The notes under the pieces were generated by a model. It had not been told where the DNA came from, did no database searches, and was given only the letters and a program-made list of their open reading frames with translations. Positions 26,100 to 35,552 of a stretch of 64,000 nt of DNA are shown piece after piece. The stretch is from positions 42,207 through 106,206 of the forward strand of contig JANLTG010000053.1 of assembly GCA_031362805.1 (NCBI GenBank), written 5' to 3'. The translations under genes and the position numbers were made by a program. Each line of letters starts with the position of its first letter. Positions within the stretch are counted from its first letter, which is position 1. Source of the stretch: a bacterium (GTDB lineage Bacteria > Verrucomicrobiota > Verrucomicrobiia > Limisphaerales > RI-55).

Positions 26100-26690
26100 T
26101 TAAATGGTGAGCTGAAGCAGCCGCTCGCGGAGCTGTTCGAGCCATCGGTTCACATAGCTGTAGTCGCGAAGCAGTTCAGTCAGTTCGCCAGAGGATCGAT
26201 CCCCGGCCAACCAGCGACGCCCGAGTTCCCGGCACCGCTCATCCAAGGCAGACCGGCGTCGATCCAGTTCCGCGATCACGCCGCGCAAGGATTCCATCCG
26301 ACCCATCGCCTGACGCATGACTTGAGCCTGGACCATCGGGGACGTTGCCGCCTGCTTCTGGCGAACCAGTTCGTCCGACAACTTCAAGGCCCTGCCCACT
26401 TCGAAGAACAAATCGCTGACATCGGCCGGGACCGCGCCGACATCGGCCGGTAGCTGACCGGTTTCCAGCTCAAGCAGATGACGCAAACGCTGGCGCGTAT
26501 CAACCAGACACTGCTGGGCGGTGTTCAGTTCGACGTAGCGCTGGGTGGCGGTGTTGCGCGTGGCTTCGTCAGCTTGATGAACACGATCGGGATGAACCGG
26601 ACCGGACAATTGAGCAAACCGTGCCTTCACCTCGGCCACCTCCAGCCAGGGCGAACGCGGTAGATCGAGCAGGGCGAAGTAGTCGATCAT
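26100..26690 (-). CDS. hscB: J-domain co-chaperone, HscB-like
   Basis: N-terminus MIDYFALLDLPRSP...RFAQLSGPVHPDRV carries the HPD motif. It lies downstream of an IscA/ErpA gene. Confidence 0.7.
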   Translation of the reverse strand: MIDYFALLDLPRSPWLEVAEVKARFAQLSGPVHPDRVHQADEATRNTATQRYVELNTAQQCLVDTRQRLRHLLELETGQLPADVGAVPADVSDLFFEVGRALKLSDELVRQKQAATSPMVQAQVMRQAMGRMESLRGVIAELDRRRSALDERCRELGRRWLAGDRSSGELTELLRDYSYVNRWLEQLRERLLQLTI

Positions 26691-26766
26691 GGTTTACGCG
26701 AATCCCACGAATTAGCGCCAATTAGCGAAATTCGCGTAAAGTTCCCGGTTACGAATTCGCGTCCGT

Positions 26767-27171
26767 CTACGCACTAAAGCTCTCGCCGCAGGAGCAACTG
26801 GTTGCGGCGTTTGGGTTGTGGACCTTGAAGCCGCCGTCGGTCAGCGCGTTCACGTAATCCAGCTCGCTGCCGGTCACGTAGAGCGCACTCTTGGGATCGA
26901 CCACGACCTTGACGCCCGCCGACTCGACGAGGATGTCGCGGTTCGCCGGGTTGTCCTGGAGGTCCATCTTGTATTGCAAGCCCGAGCACCCGCCGCCCAC
27001 GACCGCCACGCGCAGCACGCCGGCCGGTCGGCCCTGTTTCTTAAGCAGCCCGCTGACCTTGCGCCCGGCGGCTTCAGTGAGCTTGACCAAACGTTCGTCC
27101 CCCACCCGGAACGCGGGTAAGGCGCTCGGGCTGGTGGCACCGATGGATTTCTTGGCAGCTGCGGCTATCAT
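26767..27171 (-). CDS. erpA: Iron-sulfur cluster insertion/carrier protein (IscA/ErpA, HesB family)
   Basis: LRVAVVGGGCSGLQY and the C-terminal CSCGESF cysteine signature of A-type carriers. Confidence 0.85.
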   Translation of the reverse strand: MIAAAAKKSIGATSPSALPAFRVGDERLVKLTEAAGRKVSGLLKKQGRPAGVLRVAVVGGGCSGLQYKMDLQDNPANRDILVESAGVKVVVDPKSALYVTGSELDYVNALTDGGFKVHNPNAATSCSCGESFSA

Positions 27172-27229
27172 GGCAAGCGGAGGTTAATGCGTCTGACTGA
27201 GTCGTCAACTTATCACCGAATACCGGCAG

Positions 27230-27973
27230 TCAATTCATCTTGAGCGATGATTCGCCTTTACGGTGTTCAGCTGCGAGCCTTTCCCTTCCTTCAGGGGAGT
27301 ACATGGGCAAAAAATTGTCCCCGCCACAATGTAGGCAATACGGATACGCCACGGGACGGATTCGACCGAATAGCCGTGCGATCAAGTCACTCATTGGATT
27401 TTTTGGCCGGTAACCGGGTTCATCAAACTGACCACACTGTCTGCAATATCCCTTCCGCAAGAAATCCCCGGGAAAGGTGATTGCAGACATCGAGCGAAAA
27501 ATGGCGATCTCGCGGCGGACCGCATTATCCAATGTTTCTCGTTTTAGACCAGGATACGCCCAACCGGCTCCGTCTGAACCCAGGACAAGTTGTTCGTCTT
27601 CCAGCCGAATCCAAACGACGTAAAGAGGATCATTACTCTCGATGTAGGAGATTTGAGCCATCTCTTGGATCAAACGCTCTGGACTTAGGCTACCGGACTC
27701 GAAGTCTTCGAAGAGTTCCAAAGCGTAGTCTCGGATCGCCCCACTTGCGCTGGGGAGGCGAACATGGAGTTCCTCAGCCGTCTTTCGAAACAGACGATCG
27801 ACTTCCTCCCGGTCGAAAGGGGGAGTCAGTGAAGCCAGAATCCTTAACGAATAGGAGTCACGACCGTCCACAAGTTGATCGGTAGCCCAGACAGGATAGT
27901 CTTCCAAATGATCGTCGCGCAAAGCGCGCCTTCCGAGAAGTGAACGGGTATTCATCGTTTCGGAGTTTGCCAA
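27230..27973 (-). CDS. Hypothetical protein with C-terminal CxxC...CxxC zinc-ribbon
   Basis: 247 aa. CRQCGQ...(28 aa)...CLHCGG. Noticeably AT-richer than its neighbours (about 47% GC on a spot-counted line). No family recognised. Confidence 0.55.
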   Translation of the reverse strand: MANSETMNTRSLLGRRALRDDHLEDYPVWATDQLVDGRDSYSLRILASLTPPFDREEVDRLFRKTAEELHVRLPSASGAIRDYALELFEDFESGSLSPERLIQEMAQISYIESNDPLYVVWIRLEDEQLVLGSDGAGWAYPGLKRETLDNAVRREIAIFRSMSAITFPGDFLRKGYCRQCGQFDEPGYRPKNPMSDLIARLFGRIRPVAYPYCLHCGGDNFLPMYSPEGRERLAAEHRKGESSLKMN

Positions 27974-28007
27974 ACTTTAAGCAGCTAATGAAGCGCGGCA
28001 GGATGTA

Positions 28008-29057
28008 CTATGTGCCGTTCCTCACCCTCTTAACCCCCGCCACCATGTTGATCAGCTTCTGCTTGGCGGCCCAGCGGGCGGTCTGGCTCAGGCCGCAATC
28101 GGGCGCGAAGGAGAGGCGGTCGGCGGGCGCATACTTGAGGCAGGCTTTCACGCGGTCAGCCACGTCGTCCACGGTCTCAATGTAATAGCTCTTCACGTCG
28201 ATGATGCCGACGGCGACGTCCTTGCGCTTGGCGATCTCGCCGATGATCTCCAGCTCCGCAAACTCGCGGCTCGCCATCTCGACGTGGATTTCGTCCACCT
28301 GCATGTCGAGAAACGCCGGGAACATCGGCGCGTACCGGCGCAGGCCCACAGCGTGGCCCTTGAAATTGCCGAAGCACAGGTGCGTCGAGAGGTGGCACTT
28401 GCCGACGACCGGCTCGACGGTGCGATTGAAGATCTCCACGAACCGCTTCGGATCCTCGCGATGCGCGTAACAGCTCATCGAAGGTTCATCGACAGTGATC
28501 TCGCGGCAGCCGGCCTCGACCAGCGCCTCCAGTTCATCGCGCACGATCGGCAGCAGCGCTTCGGTCAGCGCGTAGCGATCCGGGTAACGCTGACTCGGGA
28601 CCAGCCGACCGCTCAACGTGTAGGGGCCGGGCACACTGGCTTTCAACACCGGCCGCTCGCTCATGCCAGCGAGGTGGGGCGCCGCAAGCCGCTTCAGCCG
28701 CTCGAAGTCATCCACGGTTCCCAGCCCGCGCGGCGCCTTGAGCTCAGCCGTGACCTTGTGCTTGCCACGTTGATCGTGCGCCGGCGGACCGAATCGTCGC
28801 GGCGGCGCGGACTCCAGTTCAATGCCTTCGATGAAACCGTAGAAGCTCAGGTTGAAATTGAGGCGCGTCTGCTCGCCATCCGTAACCACGTCGAGGCCGG
28901 CATTGAGCTGATCGTGCAAGGCCGTGACGACGGCGTCCTCCACCATTTCCTCACGATCCTTTTCGCCGAAGCGATCGAGGTGCTGGCAGGCGAAATCGAG
29001 CCAGGCGGGAAATGGATAACTGCCGATGACGGTTGTGCGAAGCGGTTGATCTTTCAT
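28008..29057 (-). CDS. Cobalamin-independent methionine synthase family protein (MetE C-terminal-domain type)
   Basis: ATG at 29057 gives MKDQPLRTTVIGSYPFPAWL. Family motifs are ITVDEPS and HLCFGNF, plus the C-terminal FAPDCGL. I regard the 55-aa N-terminal extension in the track ORF as spurious. Confidence 0.8.
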   Translation of the reverse strand: MKDQPLRTTVIGSYPFPAWLDFACQHLDRFGEKDREEMVEDAVVTALHDQLNAGLDVVTDGEQTRLNFNLSFYGFIEGIELESAPPRRFGPPAHDQRGKHKVTAELKAPRGLGTVDDFERLKRLAAPHLAGMSERPVLKASVPGPYTLSGRLVPSQRYPDRYALTEALLPIVRDELEALVEAGCREITVDEPSMSCYAHREDPKRFVEIFNRTVEPVVGKCHLSTHLCFGNFKGHAVGLRRYAPMFPAFLDMQVDEIHVEMASREFAELEIIGEIAKRKDVAVGIIDVKSYYIETVDDVADRVKACLKYAPADRLSFAPDCGLSQTARWAAKQKLINMVAGVKRVRNGT

Positions 29058-29293
29058 GCGCGGGCAAAGAATAGACTGTACGTGCGGCGCTTGGAAAGCG
29101 GCTTCGTGGGGCGGCTGCAAGTTACAGAGGTCCTCGCTCTCGTCGTCGTAATCGACCAGGCATGATCGGCATGGAATGATGAAGTGGTTGCACCCCAATA
29201 CTCCATCGCTCCAATACTCCATTGCCCTTTGCCACTGCCGGCTTGTTCCGCCGGACGGCTACTGCCAACCTGCGCCCCGTGCCAACCAAACGT

Positions 29294-29881
29294 GTGCATC
29301 GCGCCCGAAAGAACTCCCTGCTCGTTCCCGTTCGCTGGCGCAGTGAGCTGGCCTCCGTGCTGATCTCACAGGAGCAGCTCGCTGCCCGCATCCACCGTTT
29401 GACGCGCGACATCCAGCGCGATTACGCCGGTCGCGACCTGGTGATCGTCTCGTTGCTGAACGGCACGGTTATCTTCCTCGCCGATCTGATCCGCAACTTG
29501 AGCCTGCCGTTGCGATTGGATTTCATCGGCGTGTCGAGCTACGGCGGCGGCACGGAATCGCGCGAACTGGTTTTTACGAAAGAACTGCGAATCGATGTCC
29601 GCGGCCGCGAGGTGCTGCTGGTCGATGATATTCTCGACACCGGCAAGACGCTGTCGGCGGTGTTAAAGAAGCTTCGCGCCTTGAAACCCCGGCGCATCCG
29701 CACCTGCGTCCTGCTCGACAAGCCCGAGCGCCGCATCGAGAAAGTCCGGGCCGACTACGTGGGCTTCACGATTCCGAACGAGTTCGTGGTCGGCTACGGG
29801 CTGGACTACGCCGAGCGCTATCGCAACCTGCCGTTCATCGGCGTGCTGAAGCCGGAAGTGTATCTGAATCACGGTGGTTGA
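29294..29881 (+). CDS. hpt: Hypoxanthine phosphoribosyltransferase
   Basis: PRPP-binding motif VLLVDDILDTGKTL, plus FVVGYGLDYAERYRNLPFIGVL. The start is uncertain: in-frame GTG at 29294, or the track start at 29222. Confidence 0.85.
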   Translation: MHRARKNSLLVPVRWRSELASVLISQEQLAARIHRLTRDIQRDYAGRDLVIVSLLNGTVIFLADLIRNLSLPLRLDFIGVSSYGGGTESRELVFTKELRIDVRGREVLLVDDILDTGKTLSAVLKKLRALKPRRIRTCVLLDKPERRIEKVRADYVGFTIPNEFVVGYGLDYAERYRNLPFIGVLKPEVYLNHGG

Positions 29882-29912
29882 TTTCCGCCCTGAATCGAGG
29901 CAACTCTAGCGC

Positions 29913-30143
29913 ATGGACTTCGGCAAACACATCACGGTCGATCCTGAAATCTGCCACGGCAAACCGACCGTTCGCGGCTTGCGCTATCCGGTGAGCATGA
30001 TCTTGGAACTGCTGGCAGGCGGTATGACATTCGCCGAAATACTTGCGGACTACCCTGATCTGCAGCTTGACGACCTGAAGGCGTGCCTGGCGTTTGCCGC
30101 GCGACTCTCGGACGTCCAACGCATCGTTCCCCTGGCAGCGTGA
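29913..30143 (+). CDS. DUF433-domain protein (antitoxin-like)
   Basis: ITVDPEICHGKPTVRGLRYPVSMILELLAGGMTFAEILADYPDL is the DUF433 signature. 76 aa. Confidence 0.8.
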   Translation: MDFGKHITVDPEICHGKPTVRGLRYPVSMILELLAGGMTFAEILADYPDLQLDDLKACLAFAARLSDVQRIVPLAA

Positions 30144-30493
30144 AATTCCTGATTGACGCGCAATTGCCATATCGCCTGGCAAGCTGGCTGCGAAGTCGCG
30201 GTCACGATGTCACCCACACAACCGAACTGCCGCGCAGCAATCGCACGCCCGACAAACTCCTGCTGGCAAAGGCGAACGAGGAAATGCGGACAGTGATTAC
30301 GAAGGACGCGGACTTCCTGATCAGCTTCGAACTGGGTCAGGGCCCACCAAAACTTCTGCTTGTGACCACCGGCAATATCCACAACGACGAATTGCTTGAG
30401 CTCTTCGCCAAGCACGAGGGCACGATCAACGATTTGTTGGACCAACATTCGTTCATCGAACTGGGGCGCGCCGAGCTGGTTGTGCATCGGTAA
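30140..30493 (+). CDS. DUF5615 family PIN-like protein (toxin-like partner of DUF433)
   Basis: The GTG at 30140 overlaps the upstream stop (GTGA). VKFLIDAQLPYRLASWLRSRGHDVTH...VITKDADF is typical of the DUF5615/Mut7-C-like fold. Confidence 0.7.
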   Translation: MKFLIDAQLPYRLASWLRSRGHDVTHTTELPRSNRTPDKLLLAKANEEMRTVITKDADFLISFELGQGPPKLLLVTTGNIHNDELLELFAKHEGTINDLLDQHSFIELGRAELVVHR

Positions 30494-30500
30494 TCCAAAA

Positions 30501-30514
30501 AGCACCGCGGTGCT
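30501..30514 (-). terminator. Short palindromic hairpin followed by a T-run (minus strand), downstream of the DUF1080 gene
   Basis: AGCACCGCGGTGCT, followed on the minus strand by TTTTTGG. The stem is only about 5 bp. Confidence 0.3.
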
Positions 30515-30573
30515 CCTGTCAGACAACCGCATCCCGCTGCGGGCTCGGGTTACCTCTCAATCCAAGTAACCTC

Positions 30574-31404
30574 TCAGGGCTTGTCATACTCCCCGATCGA
30601 TCGCAGCCAGACGTTGCGGAAGCGCATCGGGTTGTTGTGATCCTGGAGCTGGATGAACATCTCGGGCGCGTGCGGCTTGTCGTAATTACCGTTCGCCTGG
30701 TGCGGCGTGGTGCCGGCGAATTCACGGCGATGATGCAGCACAACGCCATTATGAATGACCGTCACGGCCGCCTTTTTCAGCAGCTTACCACTCGCGTCCC
30801 AGCGCGGTGACTCGAAGAGGATATCGTAGCTCTGCCATTCGCCCGGCGCTTTCGCGGCGTTCACGAGCGGCGGCGTCTGACCATAGAGGCCGCCCGCCTG
30901 ACCATCGGGATAGGTCGGATTGTTATAGCTGTCGAGCACCTGCACCTCGTAGACGCCATTCAGGAGAATACCGCTGTTGCCGCGGCCCTGGCCGTTGCCA
31001 TCAACTTTGGCGGGCGTCGCGAACTCGATGTGCAACTGGAAATCAGCGAATTTGCCTTTCGTCTGGATGCTGCCGCTCTTGGGCGCGACTTCCATGTAAC
31101 CATTCTCGACTTTCCAAGGGGCCGCGCCGCCGCCGGACTTTTCCCACTGGCTCAAGTCCTTGCCATCGAACAGCACCTTGGCGTCGGACGGTGGTTTGGC
31201 GTTATGACTGAACGATTCGGCCGGCGTGACAACGCGCGGCTGCGGGCGTTCACCATCGGGGACGTGCCACTTGGTGCCGGGAATGATCGGGGTGGTGTCG
31301 TAACCGAGCTTGCCGTCCGCCGCGGAAACGGCGGATGCTGTCAGCGTGATCGCGAGTGAAAGAACAAGTCGCCGTGAGAAATGCTGGGTGGTCATGGGCC
31401 GCAT
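30574..31404 (-). CDS. DUF1080 (3-keto-disaccharide hydrolase-like) secreted protein
   Basis: ATG at 31404 gives MRPMTTQHFSRRLVLSLAITLTASAVSAA, a signal peptide. VLFDGKDLSQWE...WKVENGYM...EFQ/HIEF...GNSGILL...FRNVWL match the DUF1080 pattern. Confidence 0.8.
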   Translation of the reverse strand: MRPMTTQHFSRRLVLSLAITLTASAVSAADGKLGYDTTPIIPGTKWHVPDGERPQPRVVTPAESFSHNAKPPSDAKVLFDGKDLSQWEKSGGGAAPWKVENGYMEVAPKSGSIQTKGKFADFQLHIEFATPAKVDGNGQGRGNSGILLNGVYEVQVLDSYNNPTYPDGQAGGLYGQTPPLVNAAKAPGEWQSYDILFESPRWDASGKLLKKAAVTVIHNGVVLHHRREFAGTTPHQANGNYDKPHAPEMFIQLQDHNNPMRFRNVWLRSIGEYDKP

Positions 31405-31500
31405 GGTGTCGCAGAGTTTTGCGCCAAAGCAAGTCGCTTGTGCGGGGTACAAGAAGTCCGCCCCGCGGCCCTGCGCGCTACCTTCCACTGAACCAATCCT

Positions 31501-32661
31501 TTGTCCCAAGTGATTAGCGCCTTCCTTCACGTGACGGCGCGGAACGTTCCGCAACAGGTCCGCAAATGCCTGCTCGCGGCCGTGGTGCTGATCATCCTGG
31601 CTGCCGGACTTGATCCGAAGGAATACCGTTTCCACAACGAAGTGACGCGGCTGGCGGATCGTCCCGGGTTGCGTTTTGGAAAGTTTGGCCGCGTCCATAC
31701 CGAGCCGTTCATCAGCCCGGAGCGCGCGGCGGCGTTGAACCGCGACGGTTTCACCCTCGAGCTGGCCGTGAGCCTGACGAACAGCGCGTCCGGAGATTTT
31801 CGCATCCTCGCGTCATTTCACGCCGGCGATGATCGATCGCAACTGATCGTCGGTCAGTGGCGGGAACACTTCATCGTGATGAACGGCGACGACTACAACA
31901 ATCGCCGCCGGCTGCCTCGCATCTCCACCGATGCCTCGGCTCATCCCGCAGGACCAATTCACTTGCTCATCACCACCGGCCCCGCCGGCACGCGGCTCTA
32001 CCTGAACGGAAAAGTGGCGAGCGCCAAGACGAACCTGCGCTTGACGCTGCCGGCGGAACCGACGCCGGGCCGCCTCGTGCTCGGCAACTCGGTTCACGCG
32101 AACAATCCCTGGCGCGCGGAGATCCACGGCTTCGCGGCATACGCCGGAACACTTGCCAGCGATCAAGTCGGCGCTCGCTTTGCGCGCTGGCAGCAGGCGG
32201 GCGACTTCTCCTTCGCGCAGACCGACGATCCGCTCCTGCTCTACACCTTCGCGCGCGACGACGGCGCCAAGGTTCTCGATCAGGGCGCGTTGAAGGTGGA
32301 CCTCGAGATTCCAACCCGCCTGGTCGCGCTGGGAACGCGGGTGCTGGCGACGTTACACTTCCGCAAGGGCATCGATCGGTCCCTGGCGTTGGACATGATC
32401 GTGAACTTGATCGGCTTCATCCCCTTCGGGCTGGCGCTCGCATTCGTGGGCAACGAAACAGCGCGCTCGCGTTGGCGAATGCTCCTGCGAATCACCGCCG
32501 CCGGTTTCCTGCTCAGTCTTTTCATCGAAGTCGCGCAGGCGTGGCTACCCTCGCGGGACTCCAGCTTCCTCGACCTGCTCCTGAACACCGCCGGCACTTT
32601 TCTCGGCGCTGGCCTCTGGGCCTTGATGCAGCTTTTCCCAGTTCGGCCACCCCGTCCTTAG
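31501..32661 (+). CDS. LamG/concanavalin-like domain protein with C-terminal VanZ-like membrane domain
   Basis: N-terminal TM segment. Central region GTRLYLNGKVASAKTNLRLTL...LVLGNS is LamG-like. The C-terminus LIGFIPFGLALAF...LFIEVAQAWLPSRDSSFLDLLLNTAGTFLGAGLW is VanZ-like. Confidence 0.6.
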   Translation: MSQVISAFLHVTARNVPQQVRKCLLAAVVLIILAAGLDPKEYRFHNEVTRLADRPGLRFGKFGRVHTEPFISPERAAALNRDGFTLELAVSLTNSASGDFRILASFHAGDDRSQLIVGQWREHFIVMNGDDYNNRRRLPRISTDASAHPAGPIHLLITTGPAGTRLYLNGKVASAKTNLRLTLPAEPTPGRLVLGNSVHANNPWRAEIHGFAAYAGTLASDQVGARFARWQQAGDFSFAQTDDPLLLYTFARDDGAKVLDQGALKVDLEIPTRLVALGTRVLATLHFRKGIDRSLALDMIVNLIGFIPFGLALAFVGNETARSRWRMLLRITAAGFLLSLFIEVAQAWLPSRDSSFLDLLLNTAGTFLGAGLWALMQLFPVRPPRP

Positions 32662-32895
32662 TAGCCAACGATGCAGTTGGATTGGGGAGCGCACGCGTCT
32701 CGCGTGCAGCGGAGCCGTCCCGGCGACGCGCTCAGCCGGTCGCGAATTGGCAAACCAAACGGTGTTGGCAGATGCGGAGTCCAAACCGTGTTCGGCGCGA
32801 CGCCAAACACGGCACGCGAGACGAGCGCGCTCCCCTGAACGGAAGCGTTCCGGCTTAGAGCCAGCAATTGATCATCGCTGGCTACGTTGCCTCGC

Positions 32896-34614
32896 TCATT
32901 CTACTTCCGCGGTGACCACGTCGAGAATGCGCTGCTCGCGCTCCCAAAACAGCCGGCCGAGCGGCTTGAGTGAAACCGCGTAGAGCACCGACACCACTCC
33001 CAGCAATCCGACGGAGCAGGCCACGTTGAGCACCCCACCCCAAGCCGAACCGCTGAGGTTCGCGATCAGACTGAGCGCCGGGCCGACGAGTACAGGCAAC
33101 ATGTAAAACGGCAGCGCCAGGGTCAGCAGCATCATCACGAGCACCGTGGCGACGGGCATCTTCGTGGGCTTGAGCGAACCCACGTTCATCCGCACCGGGA
33201 TCACTATGGAGAGGTAATTGCCCAAGACACACAGCATGATAATGGCGGTCAACACTTGCAGCCAACCGGCGACGTGATCCAACAGCGAGACCCGCATGAG
33301 CAGCGCAACCGCGAAGTAGACGCTGAGGCCCAGTGCCAGCATCACGGTGCCGGTGGCGAGGTTCTTGGCGAGGAGCATCTGAGCACGACCGGTCGGCAGC
33401 AGGACGAGCGCGCGGAAGCCGGTCCGGTCCCAGCCAAACTGGTTGAACGCCACCTGTAGCACACCGACGAAGGAGAACACCGTCATGGCCATCGCCGCCA
33501 GCGGAGCGGCCCGCCGCAAGTGCTCATCCGTATCGTGGCTCCAAAGCACCATGGCCATGATGCCGAGCATCATCACCGGGCTGAGCAAGGCCATCTTCAA
33601 CTCGGGCGCTCGCGTCATCGACCTCAGAAAAGCGAGCGCGGCGGCGGAGACATCATCGGCCGCAAACGGAATTCGTCCTTCGAGCGGACGGACGACTGAA
33701 GCTGCGATAACCGGAGCTGTTCGCGGGGCGTTCTCGAGCTTTGCGGTTCCCTCGCCACGATAGAAGCGAAGCGTCGAGCGATAAGCACGGCCCAGCCCCA
33801 TCGCGCCACCGCCGAGACAGCCGGCGGCAATGCCGAGCGCGGGCCACCAAACACCTTCGGCTGCCTTGCGGGCGCCCCATCCCACCCACAGCGGCGGGAG
33901 GAAATAATGGAGCGGCTCCTTGATCCCCTGCATCTGCGCCAAACGATGCTTCATCGCTTCCTCGTTCCCGGCCGGGCCGCGCGAGGAGCGACGCCCGATC
34001 AGGTTGAAGAACAAATTGGGAAGCTGAGCGGCGAGCACGACCGACATGGTCAGCACGATGATGATGGTCCGGCGGCGGCGCGGGTTGACCATCAACTGCA
34101 CGAGCCAGCCGCGCAGGCAGTACGTCCACGCCGAGACTAGAAAAAGGAAGCTGAGATAAAGCGGCAGCAGAACCAGAAAGCGACCGTCCTTGCCGAGGCT
34201 CAACCCGATTGTCAGGCCGGTAATCAACGGCAGCGCGAGCAGCACGCCGAAAGTCACATGCGACGCAATGAAGTTCACCACGAACACGTCCCGGAGCGTC
34301 ACCGGCAGATGCAGCAGGCGCTGGAGATCGACCGATTCCGAGCGCTGGATCTCGGCGAGAATGCCGATCGCCCAGAAGAACAGGAAGCCCACGACGATGC
34401 CGTCGATCACGTACATCACCACGTCGTCGGAGGCGCGGGCGAGCGGGTAACGACCGGCCAGGAAGCCTCCGATCAACGCGCCGAACACGGCGCAGCCCGC
34501 CAGCGCCGTCAATAGGGTCGTGATAAACATCACGAACCGGCCAGCCTTGCGGATTTGATTACGCGAGAGCTGCCAGCGCAGCCAGAGAATCGTCTTGAGC
34601 AGTGCGAAGCGCAT
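32896..34614 (-). CDS. Multi-pass ABC-2-type permease-like membrane protein
   Basis: 572 aa with more than 10 hydrophobic segments. Starts 1 nt after the stop of the upstream ABC ATPase gene. Confidence 0.6.
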   Translation of the reverse strand: MRFALLKTILWLRWQLSRNQIRKAGRFVMFITTLLTALAGCAVFGALIGGFLAGRYPLARASDDVVMYVIDGIVVGFLFFWAIGILAEIQRSESVDLQRLLHLPVTLRDVFVVNFIASHVTFGVLLALPLITGLTIGLSLGKDGRFLVLLPLYLSFLFLVSAWTYCLRGWLVQLMVNPRRRRTIIIVLTMSVVLAAQLPNLFFNLIGRRSSRGPAGNEEAMKHRLAQMQGIKEPLHYFLPPLWVGWGARKAAEGVWWPALGIAAGCLGGGAMGLGRAYRSTLRFYRGEGTAKLENAPRTAPVIAASVVRPLEGRIPFAADDVSAAALAFLRSMTRAPELKMALLSPVMMLGIMAMVLWSHDTDEHLRRAAPLAAMAMTVFSFVGVLQVAFNQFGWDRTGFRALVLLPTGRAQMLLAKNLATGTVMLALGLSVYFAVALLMRVSLLDHVAGWLQVLTAIIMLCVLGNYLSIVIPVRMNVGSLKPTKMPVATVLVMMLLTLALPFYMLPVLVGPALSLIANLSGSAWGGVLNVACSVGLLGVVSVLYAVSLKPLGRLFWEREQRILDVVTAEVE

Positions 34615-34615
34615 C

Positions 34616-35383
34616 TCAGCCCTCCAGCCAGCTCAGTTTCTGCGTCGCTGATTCGTCCGTGCCGACGACATTGAGGAAACGTTCTTCGAGCGAGCCGGCA
34701 CCGGCGGCGCGAAGTTGTTCCATCGTCTCCTGACAGACCAGTTTGCCTTTCACGATGATGGCGACGTCGGTGCAGAGCCGCTCGACGATCTCCAGCACGT
34801 GCGACGTGAGAAAGACCGTGGCGCCGCGTTCGACACAGCGCTTGAGCAAGTCACGCAACACGCGCGACGCGACGGCGTCCACGCCTTCAAAGGGTTCATC
34901 GAGGAAAAGCAGCTCGGGATCGGGCAACAGCGCGGCGGCGAGCGCGAGCTTCTTCTTCATGCCGTGCGAGAACTCCATCGTGAGCTTCTTTTCCTCGCGA
35001 TCGAGGCTCATGAGGTTGAGCAGTTCGTCGGTGCGCTTCCGCACGGTGTCCCGCGGCAAAGAATACATGCGCCCGATGAACGTGAGATATTCGCGCGCGG
35101 TGAGGTTGTCGAAGAGGCTGAGGTTCTCGGGCACGACGCCGGTGCGGCGTTTCACTTCGAGTGCTTCCTGCTGGTCGGCCAGGTCGCGGCCCAATACGCG
35201 GATCGAGCCGGAAGTCGGCGCGAGCAGGCCGGTGAGCATCTTGATCGTGGTGGATTTGCCGGCGCCGTTGGGACCAAGGAATCCGTAGAAGCAACCGCGC
35301 CTGACCTGGAGATTGAGTTCATCGACCGCCAGGAAGCCGTCGAACCGCCGGCTCAAGCCGTTTGTTTCAATGATCCAGTCCAT
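34616..35383 (-). CDS. ABC transporter ATP-binding protein
   Basis: Walker A GPNGAGKSTT, an ABC-signature-like segment SHGMKKKLALAAAL, and Walker B LLFLDEPFEGVD. Confidence 0.85.
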   Translation of the reverse strand: MDWIIETNGLSRRFDGFLAVDELNLQVRRGCFYGFLGPNGAGKSTTIKMLTGLLAPTSGSIRVLGRDLADQQEALEVKRRTGVVPENLSLFDNLTAREYLTFIGRMYSLPRDTVRKRTDELLNLMSLDREEKKLTMEFSHGMKKKLALAAALLPDPELLFLDEPFEGVDAVASRVLRDLLKRCVERGATVFLTSHVLEIVERLCTDVAIIVKGKLVCQETMEQLRAAGAGSLEERFLNVVGTDESATQKLSWLEG

Positions 35384-35388
35384 GTTAG

Positions 35389-35487
35389 CTAGCGCACAAA
35401 GGTAAACCGCCAGCCAATCTCAGAAAGAATCAACGCCAATAGCACTATTGCGAGCAACAGCTGCCAAAGCTTTACGCGGGTTTTCAT
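35389..35487 (-). CDS. Candidate 32-aa single-TM micro-ORF upstream of the ABC ATPase
   Basis: MKTRVKLWQLLLAIVLLALILSEIGWRFTFVR. It ends 5 nt before the ATPase start. Below the ORF-track length cut-off, with no other support. Confidence 0.2.
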   Translation of the reverse strand: MKTRVKLWQLLLAIVLLALILSEIGWRFTFVR

Positions 35488-35552
35488 AAACCAAGCAATT
35501 CAAGTCCAGCGGCTCATCAATCTTCAGCAGACATATTGTACCGCCCGCCAAC

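Noticed and set aside
29058-29222. 55-aa N-terminal extension of the MetE-like ORF
   Set aside because: The family-typical N-terminus (TTVIGSYPFP) follows the internal ATG at 29057. The extension is Cys/Asp-rich with no counterpart in the family and would run into the hpt promoter.
29236-29250. GCCACTG (B12-box-like heptamer) near the hpt start
   Set aside because: It is an isolated heptamer on the hpt-sense strand with none of the other cobalamin-riboswitch elements, and hpt is not a plausible B12-regulated gene.
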